This document shows, one piece after another, positions 26,742 to 38,194 of a DNA stretch of 64,000 nucleotides. A program made the translations under genes and the position numbers. The notes under the pieces were generated by a model. It was not told the origin of the DNA, ran no database searches, and saw only the letters and a list, made by a program, of their open reading frames with translations. The stretch is from Mobula hypostoma (taxonomy: Eukaryota), in the NCBI RefSeq assembly GCF_963921235.1, contig NC_086107.1, positions 113,152,001 to 113,216,000 of the forward strand. The letters run 5' to 3'. Position 1 is the first letter of the stretch, and every line of letters begins with the position of its first letter.

Positions 26742-27545
26742 CACTGGACAAGTTTTTTCCAAAGTGTTGCTTTCTCAGAATTTTTTTTTGTTTATGATAG
26801 ACGGCTTGAAAATGAACACAAATATAATTCCAGACGACTTGTATCATGAGGGAATTTGGAGAAACAAGAAATTAACTTTTATTGAATATAACTTTTATTG
26901 AATATAATGTGTTAAATTGCATAACGGTGCTGACACTTTGCAAAAGTTCAACTAAGCTAAAAATGTTTTGTTGATGATTTTCATTTGTACTCAGTGTCTG
27001 AGGCTTCTCGTCTAAGTGTCCAACAATAGTCAGCCAGCATTGATGGATTCCAGTTGCCCTGATACCGTTTCTCCATGACCGCAATGTCCCGGTGAAACCT
27101 TTCACCATGCTCGGCACTAACAGCGCCAAGATTTTCAGGGAAGAAGTCTAAATGCGAATGCAGAAAATGAATCTTTAGTGACATGTTGCACTTCATGGCT
27201 TTGCTTACTTGAAGCACGTTGTCGTAGTTGCACGCAGTTTGGTGCTCTGTAGTTGCCAAGAAAATTTTCAGCAACATCCTTGAATGCCCTTGTACAATTT
27301 TCTTTGGTCCCACTAGAAGTTCTTCGAATTACCTGTCATTTATTACCTTTGTGAACCAACAAAAATGCCTTCCTTGACCTTGGCATCAGTTACTCTGACT
27401 TGAATTATGAATTGAGATAAATATAAACGATTTTTAGAAATGGTGCATGATAGGGAAATTTCATGATGAGTTTCATGATCGGCAGCCCAAAATCCATAAG
27501 GTAGACGCGGAAGTATTCGGGAGGCTACATCTTTGTTGTCCAGTG
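26742..27545 (-). mobile_element. Internally deleted DNA transposon, probably Chapaev3-like (second fragment ~43676-43919)
   Basis: TIRs CACTGGACAA/TTGTCCAGTG; transposase C-terminus MSLKIHFLHSHLDFFPENLGAVSAEHGERFHRDIAVMEKRYQGNWNPSMLADYCW. Confidence 0.7.
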
Positions 27546-27850
27546 ACACTTGTCCATTTCCCTGGTGCGCTGGGTCCCTGCAGTATCTTGGCTGTCACCG
27601 TGCACACTCATCCTGCTCAAGGACTGAGGCATGGTGACACCTGGTGGTCGGCAGAGGGAGTGCGGCAGCATTGCAGCAAGCTGAACCTTTGCAATCATAC
27701 ATCAAAGGTTCAAAGGTTTTAAGTAAATTTATTATCAAAGTAAATATATATCACCATATACTATCCCGAGATTCATTTTCTTGCAGGCATTCACAGTAGA
27801 ACAAAGAAATGCAACAGAATGTATGAAAAACTACACAAAGACTGACAAGC

Positions 27851-29416
27851 AACACACATAAAAGTTGCTGGTGAACGCAGCAGGCCAGGCAGCATCTCCA
27901 GGAAGAGGTACAGTCGACGTTTCGGGCCGAGACCCTTCGTCAGGACTAACTGAAGGAAGAGTGAGTAAGGGATTTGAAAGTTGGAGGGGGAGGGGGAGAT
28001 CCAAAATGATAGAAGACAGGAGGGGGAGGGATGGAGCCAAGAGCTGGACAGGTGATAGGCAAAAGGGATAAGAGAGGATCATGGGACAGGAGGTCCGGGA
28101 AGAAAGACGGGGCGGGGGGGACCCAGAGGATGGGCAAGGGGTATATTCAGAGGGACAGAGGGAGAAAAAAGGAGAGTGAGAGAAAGAATGCATGTATAAA
28201 AATAAGTAACAGATGGGGTACGAGGGGGAGGTGGGGCATTAGCAGAAGTTCGAGAAGTCAATGTTCATGCCATCAGGTTGGAGGCTACCCAGACGGAATA
28301 TAAGGTGTTGTTCTTCCAACCTGAGTGTGGCTTCATCTTTACAGTAGAGGAGGCCGTGGATAGTCATGTCAGAATGGGAATGGGATGTGGAATTAAAATA
28401 TGTGGCCACTGGGAGATCCTGCTTTCTCTGGCGGACAGAGCGTAGGTGTACAGCAAAGCGGTCTCCCAGTCTGCGTCGGGTCTCGCCAATATATAGAAGG
28501 CTACATCGGGAGCACCGGACGCAGTATATCACCCCAGCCGACTCACAGGTGAAGTGTTGCCTCACCTGGAAGGACTGTTTGGGGCCCTGAATGGTGGTAA
28601 GGGAGGAAGTGTAAGGGCATGTGTAGCACTTGTTCCGCTTACATGTAATAAGTACTTATCCGTGTAAGCGGAACAAGTGCTACACGTGCCCTTACATGCG
28701 TCCGGTGCTCCCGATGTGGCCTTTTATATATTGGCGAGACCCGACGCAGACTGGGAGACCGTCTTGCTGAACACCTACGCTCTGTCCGCCAGAGAAAGCA
28801 GGATCTCCCAGTGGCCACACATTTTAATTCCACATCCCATTCCCATTCTGACATGTCTATCCACGGTCTCCTCTATTGTAAAGATGAAGCCACACTCAGG
28901 TTGGAGGAACAACACCTTATATTCCGTCTGGGTAGCCTCCAACCTGATGGCATGAACATCGACTTCTCTAACTTCCGCTAATGCCCCACCTCCCCCTCGT
29001 ACCCCATCTGTTACTTATTTTTATACACACATTCTTTCTCTCGCTCTCCTTTTTCTCCCTCTGTCCCTCTGAATATACCTCTTGCCCATCCTCTGGGTCG
29101 CACCCCCCCCCCCTTGTCTTTCTTCCCGGACCTCCTGTCCCATGATCCTCTCGTATCCCCTTTTGCCTATCACCTGTCCAGCTCTTGGCTCCATCCCTCC
29201 CCCTCCTGTCTTCTCCGATCATTTTGGATCTCCCCCTCCCCCTCCCATTTTCAAATCTCTTACTAACTCTTCCTTCAGTTAGTCCTGACGCAGGGTCTCG
29301 GCCTGAAACGTCGACTGTACCTCTTCCTAGAGATGCTGCCTGGCCTGCTGCGTTCACCAGCAACTTTGATGTGTGTCGCTTGAATTTCCAGCATCTGCAG
29401 AATTCCTGTTGTTTGC
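27851..29416. mobile_element. Penelope-like element, head-to-head inverted duplication of GIY-YIG endonuclease region plus pLTR
   Basis: ORF 28239-28565(-) has GIY-YIG VIYCVRCSRCSLLYIGETRRRLGDRF...LQPDGMNIDF, mirrored on the plus strand from ~28663. 16-bp TSD ACAAAGACTGACAAGC at 27835-27850 and 29425-29440. Confidence 0.9.
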
Positions 29417-29644
29417 TTTTTTAAACAAAGACTGACAAGCTGCCAATGTGCAATGTGTGGGCTTGTTATCATGTTGAATCTCTAACAAAAAGAAAGACCA
29501 CCCTCTGTATGAAAATCTGCCTCTCAGGTTAAGTCATAGAGTTATAGAGCAAGGACAAAGGCCCTTCAGCCCAACTTGTCCCTGCTGACCAAGATTTCTG
29601 TCCAAGCTAGTACAGTATTTGACGCACACCCTTCTAAACCATTT

Positions 29645-31593
29645 CAGAATCGGAATCAGGTTTATTATCACCGGCATGTGATGTGAAATTTGTTAACTTA
29701 GCAGCAGCAGTTCAATGTAATACATAATCTAGAGCAGAAAAAAAATTAATAATAAATAAAATAATAATAATAAATAAATGGGTAGTGCTGAGAAAACGGA
29801 GAGTCTGCAGAGAGACGGATAGATTGGAAGAATGGGCAGAGAAGTGGCAAATGAAGTACAATGTTGGAAAGTGTATGGTTATGCACTTTGGCAGAAAAAA
29901 ATAAACAGGCAGACTATTATTTAAATGGAGAAAGAATTCTAAGTACTGAGATGCAACGGGACTTGGGAGTCCTCATACAGGATTCCCTTAAGGTTAACCT
30001 CCAGGTTGAGTCAGTAGTGAAGAAGGCGAATGCAATGTTGGCATTCATTTCTAGAGGGATAGAGTATAGGAGCAGGGATGTGATGTTGAGGCTCTATAAG
30101 GCGCTGGTGAGACCTCACTTGGAGTACTGTGGGCAGTTTTGGTCTCCTTATTTAAGAAAGGATATGCTGACGTTGGAAAGGGTACAGAGAAGATTCACTA
30201 GAATGATTCTGGGAATGAGAGGGTTAACATATGAGGAACGTTTGTCTGCTCTTGGACTGTATTCCTTGGAGTTTAGAAGAATGAGGGGAGACTTCATAGA
30301 AACATTTCGAATGTTAAAAGGCATGGACAGAGTGGATGTGGCAAAGTTGTTTCCCATGATGGGGGAGTCTAGTACGAGAGGGCATGACTTCAGGATTGAA
30401 GGGCGCCCTTTCAGAACAGAAATGCGAAAAAATTTTTTTAGTCAGACGGTGGTGAATCTATGGAATTTGTTGCCACGGGCAGCAGTGGAGGCCAAGTCAT
30501 TGGGTGTATTTAAGGCAGAGATTTATAGGTATCTGAGTAGCCAGGGCATCAAAGGTTATGGTGAGAAGGCGGGGCAGTGGGACTAAATAGGATAAAATGG
30601 ATCAGCTCATGATAAAATGGTGGAGCAGACTCGATGGGCTGAATGGCCTACTTCTGCTCCTTTGTCTTATGGTCTTATGGTCTAAATCAATTACATATAT
30701 TGAATAGAATAAAAACATGCAAAAACAGAAATACTGTATATTTAAAAAAAAGTAAGGTAGTGTCCAAAGATTCAATGTCCATTTAGGAATCAGATGGCGG
30801 AGAGGAAGAAGCTGTTCCTGAATCACTGAGTGTGTGCCTTCAGGCTTCTGTACCTCCTCCCTGATAGTAACAGTGAGAAAAGGGCATGCCCTGGGTGCTG
30901 GAGGCCCTTAATAATGGACGCTGCCTTTCTGAGACACCGCTCCTTGAAGATGTCCTGGGTACTTTGTAGGCTAGTACCCAAGATGGAGCTGACGAGATTT
31001 ACAACCTTCTGCGGCTTCTTTCGGTCCTGTGCAGTAGCCCCTCCATACCAGACAGTGATGCAGCCTGTCAGAATGCTCTCCACAGTACAACTATAGAAAT
31101 TTTTGAGTGTATTTGTTGACATGCCAAATCGCTTCAAACTCCTAACAAAGTTATAGCCACTGTCTTGCCTTCTTTATGACTACGTCAATATGTTGGGACC
31201 AAGTTAGATCCTCAGAGATCTTGACACCCACGAACTTGAAGCTGCTCACTCTCTCCACTTCTGATCCCTCTATGAGGATTGGTATGTGTTCCTTTGTCCC
31301 CTTCCTGAAGTCCACAATCAGCTCTTTTGTCTTACTGACGTTGGGTGCCAGGTTGTTGCTTTGGCACCATTCCACTACTTGGCATATCTCACTCCTGTCC
31401 ACCCTCTTGTCACCACCTGAGATTCTACCAACAATGGTTGTATCATCAGCAAATTTATAGATGGTACTTGAGCTATGCCTAGCCACACAGTCATGTGTAT
31501 ATAGAGAGTGTAGAGCAGTGGGCTAAGTACACGCCCCTGGGGTGTGCCTGTGTTGATCGTCAACGAGGAGGAGATGTTATCACCAATCCACAC
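29645..31593 (-). mobile_element. Rex1/Babar-like LINE (RT: GTPQGRVLSPLLY, YKFADDTT) with nested CR1
   Basis: ORFs 31151-31486 and 30823-31137 on the minus strand; (gattcc/gattct) tail near 29650. Confidence 0.85.
29780..30682 (+). mobile_element. Young 5'-truncated CR1-type LINE nested in a Rex1-like LINE tail
   Basis: 241-aa ORF with CR1 RT C-terminus (LYKALVRPHLEYCGQFWSPYLRKD...RRMRGDFIETF...TRGH) and a (tcttatgg)n tail. Confidence 0.9.
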
Positions 31594-32210
31594 AGATCTA
31601 TGTATCTGTTTAAATGTTTTTTTAAAAACATCCCAGTTGTACTTACCTCTGCAGTTTGCTCTGGCAGGTCGTTCCAGAGGGGTTAACATAATACTATTGC
31701 AGTGTCTTCTTGGAAGTAGGTACAGGGGTAAGTTTTTTACGCAGAGCGTGGTGAGTGCGTGGAATGGGCTGCTGGCAACGATGGTGGAGGTGGATACGAT
31801 AGGGTCTTTTAAGGGACTGGACAGGTACATGGAGCTCAGAAAAATAGAGGGCTATGGGTAACCCGAGGTAATTTCTAAGGTAAGGACATGTTCGGCACAG
31901 CTTGTATGTGCTGTAGGTTTTCTATGTTTCTGTGTGTCAGCTGACCCAGGTTCAGTGAGGAGCTCCCACCACTGTCAGTAAGGAGTTTGTACGTCCTCCC
32001 TGTGACTGCCTGGGTTTCCTCCGGGTGCTCCAGTTTTCTCCCACATTCCAAAGACATACCGGTTAGTAGGTTAATTGGTCAATTGGAATAATCGGACAAC
32101 GTGGAATCATTGGTCTAGAAGGGCCTGTTACCGCATCTATCCATGACCCTCTGTGTGAAAAAGTTGCCCTTCAGATCCACTTTTAAATCCTTCCCATCTC
32201 ACCTTCTTTA

Positions 32211-32860
32211 TGTAAGGGTTTTTTCCCCACTGACCCCCACCCCCCCACGTTGCCTAGGGTGAATTGCTGTCAACTCCACCAACAGTGCAATTGCTTTGGT
32301 GCGGATAAGGTGTGAGTTAGCCAATGATCAGCCAAGACACAAATATGAAACTATATACAAAGTGCGAGTAAAGAATCATACTTTATAGCAAATTTTTGGT
32401 GATGGGTTAGTAGAAACAACTACAAGAAAAGGCGCCACATAAGTAACTTATCAAACTTGTGCACATAATATTTTAATACATTGGAGCTCACGCCTCCGAT
32501 TCCATCCACAACATCCTTCCGAGACTCCGGCCACCCTCCGAACCCCCGAGGTCCGGTATCTGCCGCCCAGGAACTCCGTCCGTTCTCACACGTTCGTCCT
32601 CTCCGCTCGCCTCCTGAAAAAGCCCACGCTCCTCAACTCAGCACACATATACAAGATAACAGAACATGACTTCCATTGGCTAACAAATAAATACAATTTC
32701 CATTATCTTCCTCTATAACCCAAACATTGCTGTTACAGAGAACCCCTTGCTCAGCAGTTAACAGTATGAGAAGCCATTTTAATATAACACCTTAGAGAAG
32801 CCATTTTGGTAATAAGCAATCAACAGTTAACAGTCCATCTAGTATACTGAGAGCCTTACA
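32211..32860. mobile_element. Probable solo LTR
   Basis: 650 bp bounded by inverted termini TGTAAGG...CCTTACA; imperfect 4-bp TSD (TTTA/TTTC). Confidence 0.55.
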
Positions 32861-33764
32861 TTTCTGTCCTACATGTTTCACAACCACCAGCTCTGCTGTG
32901 GGATCTACACAGCCCCGCAGGCGGGTGGCACAGCACATTCGGCAATTGCGCTCGTGAATATTCATGTTCCGGCTAATTACTGTCTTATTCTGGCGGTATT
33001 TAATCCCTCCTTTTCATTTTAGTCTTGTCAACACTTGACCAAAAGCACAGCAACATTTACGGTCCCTGCTTATCCTTGTCCTTGCCCAAGGAAAGAGGAC
33101 TGTGGTTTTGATTGACGCTGGAAAGGAGTGGCGTTTGTTCAGTATTCAGATATTGCATTCAGCTGCAGTTTTGGGTTTAACTTACAGTTTGAGAGGTTTA
33201 GTTAATGGCCCTGTTGTTAGTTGCTGCCTGTTAAGCAGCTGGCGTTTAGGGCAGTAACGGGCCTGTTGGCCTAGTGTTTATTGTTTTCCTTTCCCTTTAA
33301 GTTTTGCAACAGTTCTCATTAAGGTCAGTGAACAGTCAACCTGCTTCAGTGCCCCCTCTCTCTCTCTCTCTCTCTCTACTCTTGGGCCATGTCCAAATGC
33401 TCTGACAACATAGTTGGGAATTCACCCTTCTATATTGCTGCCAGCTGTCAATAATGCCGTCAAAATCTGATGTATGAATGATTGTCTTTGATAGCTAGCA
33501 CTGTCCATGCAGGGAGAGATTCAGGGAAGCAAGATCTTCAGCCCATCTACTCTGTGCTGACCCTAAACCACCCACTTTATTCTCCCCGCGCTCTCGTCAC
33601 TTCGCCCCTGGGTTCTGCCACTCACCCACTGACTCAGAGGGTCTGCTTCCCTGCTGAGTGATTTTTTCATCTGTTCCCTTACAGTTAGTTCCCAGTCACT
33701 GGAAGATGGGTTCACATCTGTTCCCTGCCATGGTCTGGGTCAGTCCTAGTGAAATCATCCTGTC

Positions 33765-35395
33765 TAAGGGTGAATATAGAAGGTAGTAAGTTTGCAGATG
33801 ATACCAAGATTGGTGGAATTGTGGATGGTGTAGAAGGCTGGCAAAGAATACATAATGATATAGCTCAGTTGCCGATATGGGCAGAGAAATGGCAGATGCA
33901 GTTTAACCCAGTATTGTGTCTTGGTAGGGCAATTGCAAAGAGACAGTACAATGTTAATGACAAGAGTGTCGTTGAGCAGAGAGATCTTGGGATTCAAGTT
34001 CATAGCTCCTACAAAGTGGCTACACAGGTCGATAGGGTGGTTAAGATCCCTTATGGGATGCTTGCATCATTAGTCACAACATTGAGCTCAGCGTCAGTGG
34101 CTCCACAGTGGAGAGAGTGGAAAACATCAAGTTCCTTGGGGTGAAGATCTCGGACAATCTCACCTGGTCCAGGAACACCACTGGGATTGTGAAATGGGCC
34201 CAGCAGAGATTGCACTTTCTGAGGAAGCTTAAACAAGCATCACTCCCCACCAACATCTTAACTACATTCTACAGAGATGTGGTTGAGAGTGTGCTGACCT
34301 TTTGCATCACAACCTGGTACTCCAGCTGCAGTGCTGTCGACAAAAAAGCCTTGCAGAGGGTGGTTAGGGGAGCAGAGAAGGTTATTGGGGTCTCCCTACC
34401 TTCTGTCCAAGACCTCTTTCAGAGTCGATGCCTCCAGAAGACACGGTGCATCATTAAAGACCCCTCACACCCTCTCCATGAACTGTTTGTTCTTCTGCCA
34501 TCAGGCAAACGTTACAGGAGCATCAAAACTAAAACCACAAGGCTACTAAACAGCTTCCTCCCACAGGCAGTCAGACTGCTAAATAGCTGCTCTACCTGAC
34601 TCTGCTTTGGACACTTTTAACTTGCACTGGACACTTATAACTTGATTTTAACTGACATGTGGCTGTTGTGTTTTACTATTTGTTGTTATGTTTATTATTT
34701 AGTGTTGCGTTTGTTATGTTATGATTGAACTGCTCCTGGGAAACACTCTCATTCTGCCCTGCAGAGCTGATGTATGGTTAGAATGACAATAAAGTTTGTT
34801 TGAATCTTGAATCTTGAAAAAAAAAGTCAAGGGGTTATGTTGCAACTCTGTAGAACTCTAGTCAGGACCCATCTGAAGTACTGCATCCAGTTCTGGTTGC
34901 CCCACTGTAGGAAGGGTGTTGAGGCTTTGGGGAGGGTGCAGAAGAGGTTTACCAGGGTGCTGCCTGGGTTAGAGGGTATTTACTATCGTGAGAGGCTGGA
35001 CAAACTTGGGCTGTTTTCTCTGGAGCATTGGAGGCTGAGGGGAGATCTGATAGAGGTTTATACGATTATGAGAGGCAAAGTTAGAGTAGACAGACTATCT
35101 GTTTCCCAGGGTAGAAATGTAATACCAGAGGGTAGGTTCAAGGGGGATGTGAGGGGTTAGTTTTCCACTCAGAGTGCTGGCTGCCCAGAATGTACTGCCT
35201 GGTCTGGTGGTAGAGGCAAATACGTTAGAGATTTGAAAGAGGTGTTTAGATAGGCACATGGATGTGAGGAGGATGGAGGGATATGGACATTGTGTAGGAA
35301 GGAGGGATTCGTTTTTGGGTTCTTTTTGATTTAGCAAGTTTGGTACAACATTGAGGGCCGAAGGGCCTGTTTCTGTGCTGTACTCCTCTATGTTC
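33765..35395 (+). mobile_element. CR1-type LINE fragment interrupted by a younger Rex1-like LINE (~34091-34815)
   Basis: SKFADDTKIGG before the insert and LVRTHLKYCIQFW after it. The insert has an intact 163-aa ORF (KFLGVKISDNLTW...ESVLTFCITTWY...LLPSGKRYRS) and a (ttgaatc)n tail. Confidence 0.85.
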
Positions 35396-37938
35396 TTTGC
35401 TCTGTGTTCTATTTTCTATGTCTCGTGCTGGAATGAAGTAAATTCAAGTGTGAATACATTCTCTACCCGGAGAGGGGTGGGAATGTGGGGCTTCCTCCCA
35501 CAGGAGAAGGAAAAGGGACTGCTGGAACAAGGTGGGAAGTGGCTCACGTGCAGCAGATATCCTGGAACAGATGGGCTGAATGACTTGTTGCGGGGGGGGG
35601 CATCCAAATTAGATCATGTGCCAGTTGCCAGCAGTGAAGTCTGATCACACCCAGCTTCCCCTCCTCTGTGTGAATGCACGCGCGTGCCATCTGCATGTGT
35701 ACATACTAGATTAGATTAGATTATGAGGACACGTCTTCTTTTATTGTCATTTAGTAATGCATGCATTAAGAAATGATACATTATTCCTCTGGTGTGATAT
35801 CACAAAAACACAGGACAGATCAAGACTGAAAAACTAACAAAACCACATAATTATAACATATAGTTACAACAGTGCAACAATACCATAACTTGATGAAGAA
35901 CAGGCCATGAGCACAGTAAAAAAGTTCAAAGTCTCTCGAATGTCCCACATCTCACGCAGACGGGAGAAGGAAGAAAAACTCTCCCTGCCATGCCGACCAC
36001 AATCCGACTCTGAGTCGTCCGAAAACTTCGAGCCTCCAATCAGCCCTCTGACACCGAGTACTGAGCGCCATCTCTATCTGAACGATTCGACCTCAGCCTC
36101 GGTCGCCAGCAGCAGGCAAAGCCGGGGATTTTGGGGCCTTCCCTCCGGAAGATTCTCGATCGCCCAGTAACAGCGGCAGTGAACCGGTGTTTCAGAAATT
36201 TCTCTTTCACGTCTGTCTCCATCAAATCAGAATTGTACACGGCCCCTATTTAACAGAGACGATATAATTTTCACCAGAGAGCTGTGTGCGTGCATCGCGT
36301 AGCCATCTTCTCCTCCCACCCTTTTACAGTGTGTATATACATGTAATACCCACATATTCAGACACATACATACGTGTGCCTGCACATACACACACACACA
36401 CACACACACAGACATAAATACACACACTTTTGCACACACATATATTAATATGTGTACCTTACACGTATGTATTAACAGGCATATAGACTCACAAGCCACA
36501 CACATGCTATACATAGACTGAAACACATATGTACACACACATAAACACACATACACATAAGATACATAATATATTGTATATATGAACACGGGGGCTCAGA
36601 ATGTAAGAGCAGCAAAGTTGTACTCACTCACCGACTGCCCATTGCCGTCGCTGGTATTTAGGACAGCAGTGAAGGTCCTCAATCTCTGTCTGTCCTTGAC
36701 CACCTTATGGTCATGGTCTTGGCCGTGGTCAGGGCTTCCTTCGTCGTGTCAGTAGCCTCCTCTCGGTTTTCACTACTGTCAGTAATGCAAGTCCCGGGTG
36801 GAGACTCAGGAATACCGTCACACTCAGATGTAGAAGGATTCTTCATTGTTGTTTCTGTAACAGTTTTGTTTTGCCCATCAGGGTTGTTGGCCCTGAGCTG
36901 AGCCCCCGAACCTGGTGGACTGGTGGGCCACTCTTAGTCTGTCCTCTACCCTCTGACTTGTTTGCTATGGGTGACCCTTCCAAGAGCCAAAGCATAACGT
37001 CCTGACTCCAGCCAACATAGCTCTCCAGGTCACAGAGGCATGCAAGCCTCCCATCCATGACAAAGTGGTGGTCCTCCTGGAAGAGTGAAGTTGTGGGACA
37101 TCTTTATTAACCCCTAGTTAGACTGCGGCTGGAGCACTGGGGTCCAGTTGTAGCCACGCTGTAGGACAGACCCAATATGCAGTGCAGATGAGGCAGAGAA
37201 GGTTCACTATCACGGTGGACTGTTTGAGTTACAGGGTGAGACTGGAGAAACGGACTTCATTTTTCCCGGCAGTGGTAGACCCGAGGGTACGGCTGGGTGT
37301 ACGCTGTCCCAAGGCCGGCCATGGAAGGAGGTGGGGGCTGGACGTGGGGCTAGCAGCCACCTCCAGTGTGACAGAAACACCAAAGGAAGGTCCAAAGACC
37401 TCATCCCTGGGAGAGGAAGGAGAAGGTGGCTTACACCTGGGATAACATGAATGACTGGCCCAGGAGAGAGGACTCTGGTGAGCTGCTGTTGGTGGCCTTT
37501 GCCCCAGCAAGGGTGAGCGGCCAAGGTATAGATAGGGCAGATTGTAGGAAACTTTAAGAGGCAAAACGTGAGAAGCTACCTGAGGAAGATTCTTTTCACC
37601 GGGAAGTGACAGAGTACATTTGAACTGTTCTTGTACCTCCCCCTCCCCCCCAAAAAACGTCTTAATCTGGCTTCTTCCCCCTTTCCTTTCTAATCCTGAT
37701 GAAGGGCTTCGGCCTGAAATGTCAACTGTTTGTCCACTTCCATAGATGCTGGCTGACCCCCTGCGTTCCTCCAGCACTTTGAGTGTGTTGCTCTGGATTT
37801 CCAGAGTCTTCAAAAACTCTTGTGTTCAAGGTATGATAGGGTATGACTCTGATAAGCTGGGAGCAAAGGCACAAAAATGCGCGTATATTTGCAAAAAGGC
37901 ACATGCATATGCATGAACCACCGATATACATACACACA

Positions 37939-37940
<2 letters not shown>

Positions 37941-37988
<48 letters not shown>
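37941..37988 (+). repeat. (CA)24 microsatellite
   Basis: Pure CA run directly visible. Confidence 0.95.
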
Positions 37989-37991
<3 letters not shown>

Positions 37992-38119
37992 ACACACTAG
38001 AACAAAGTCCTCTAGTTAAGCTTTGATAACCCTGGCTGCAGTCACCAGCCGGGTCACTCTGGGCTGGCTGCTGTCGGAATTTTCCCTGGCTCGTGCCTGC
38101 TCCGGGATCCTGCTCGGTA

Positions 38120-38194
38120 ATGGGAAGGTGTTATGCACTGAGCTCCGCTGGGGACTGCCAGGACTCTCCCTTCACACGGATGAACCCTTTCCAG
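38120..38194 (+). CDS. igf2: IGF gene candidate coding exon 1 (leader MGRCYALSSAGDCQDSPFTRMNPFQ)
   Basis: gtaATGG Kozak context, 75 nt open, ends CAG|GTAATA in phase 0, matching the phase-0 acceptor of the next exon. Length resembles the ~21-25 aa leader exons of vertebrate IGF1 and fish IGF2. Non-repetitive sequence. Confidence 0.55.

Noticed and set aside
21800..38000. Expected TH, PAH or insulin exons between ASCL and IGF
   Set aside because: No hydroxylase motifs or HLCGSHLV/GIVExCC signature seen by eye. Very small or decayed exons cannot be fully excluded.
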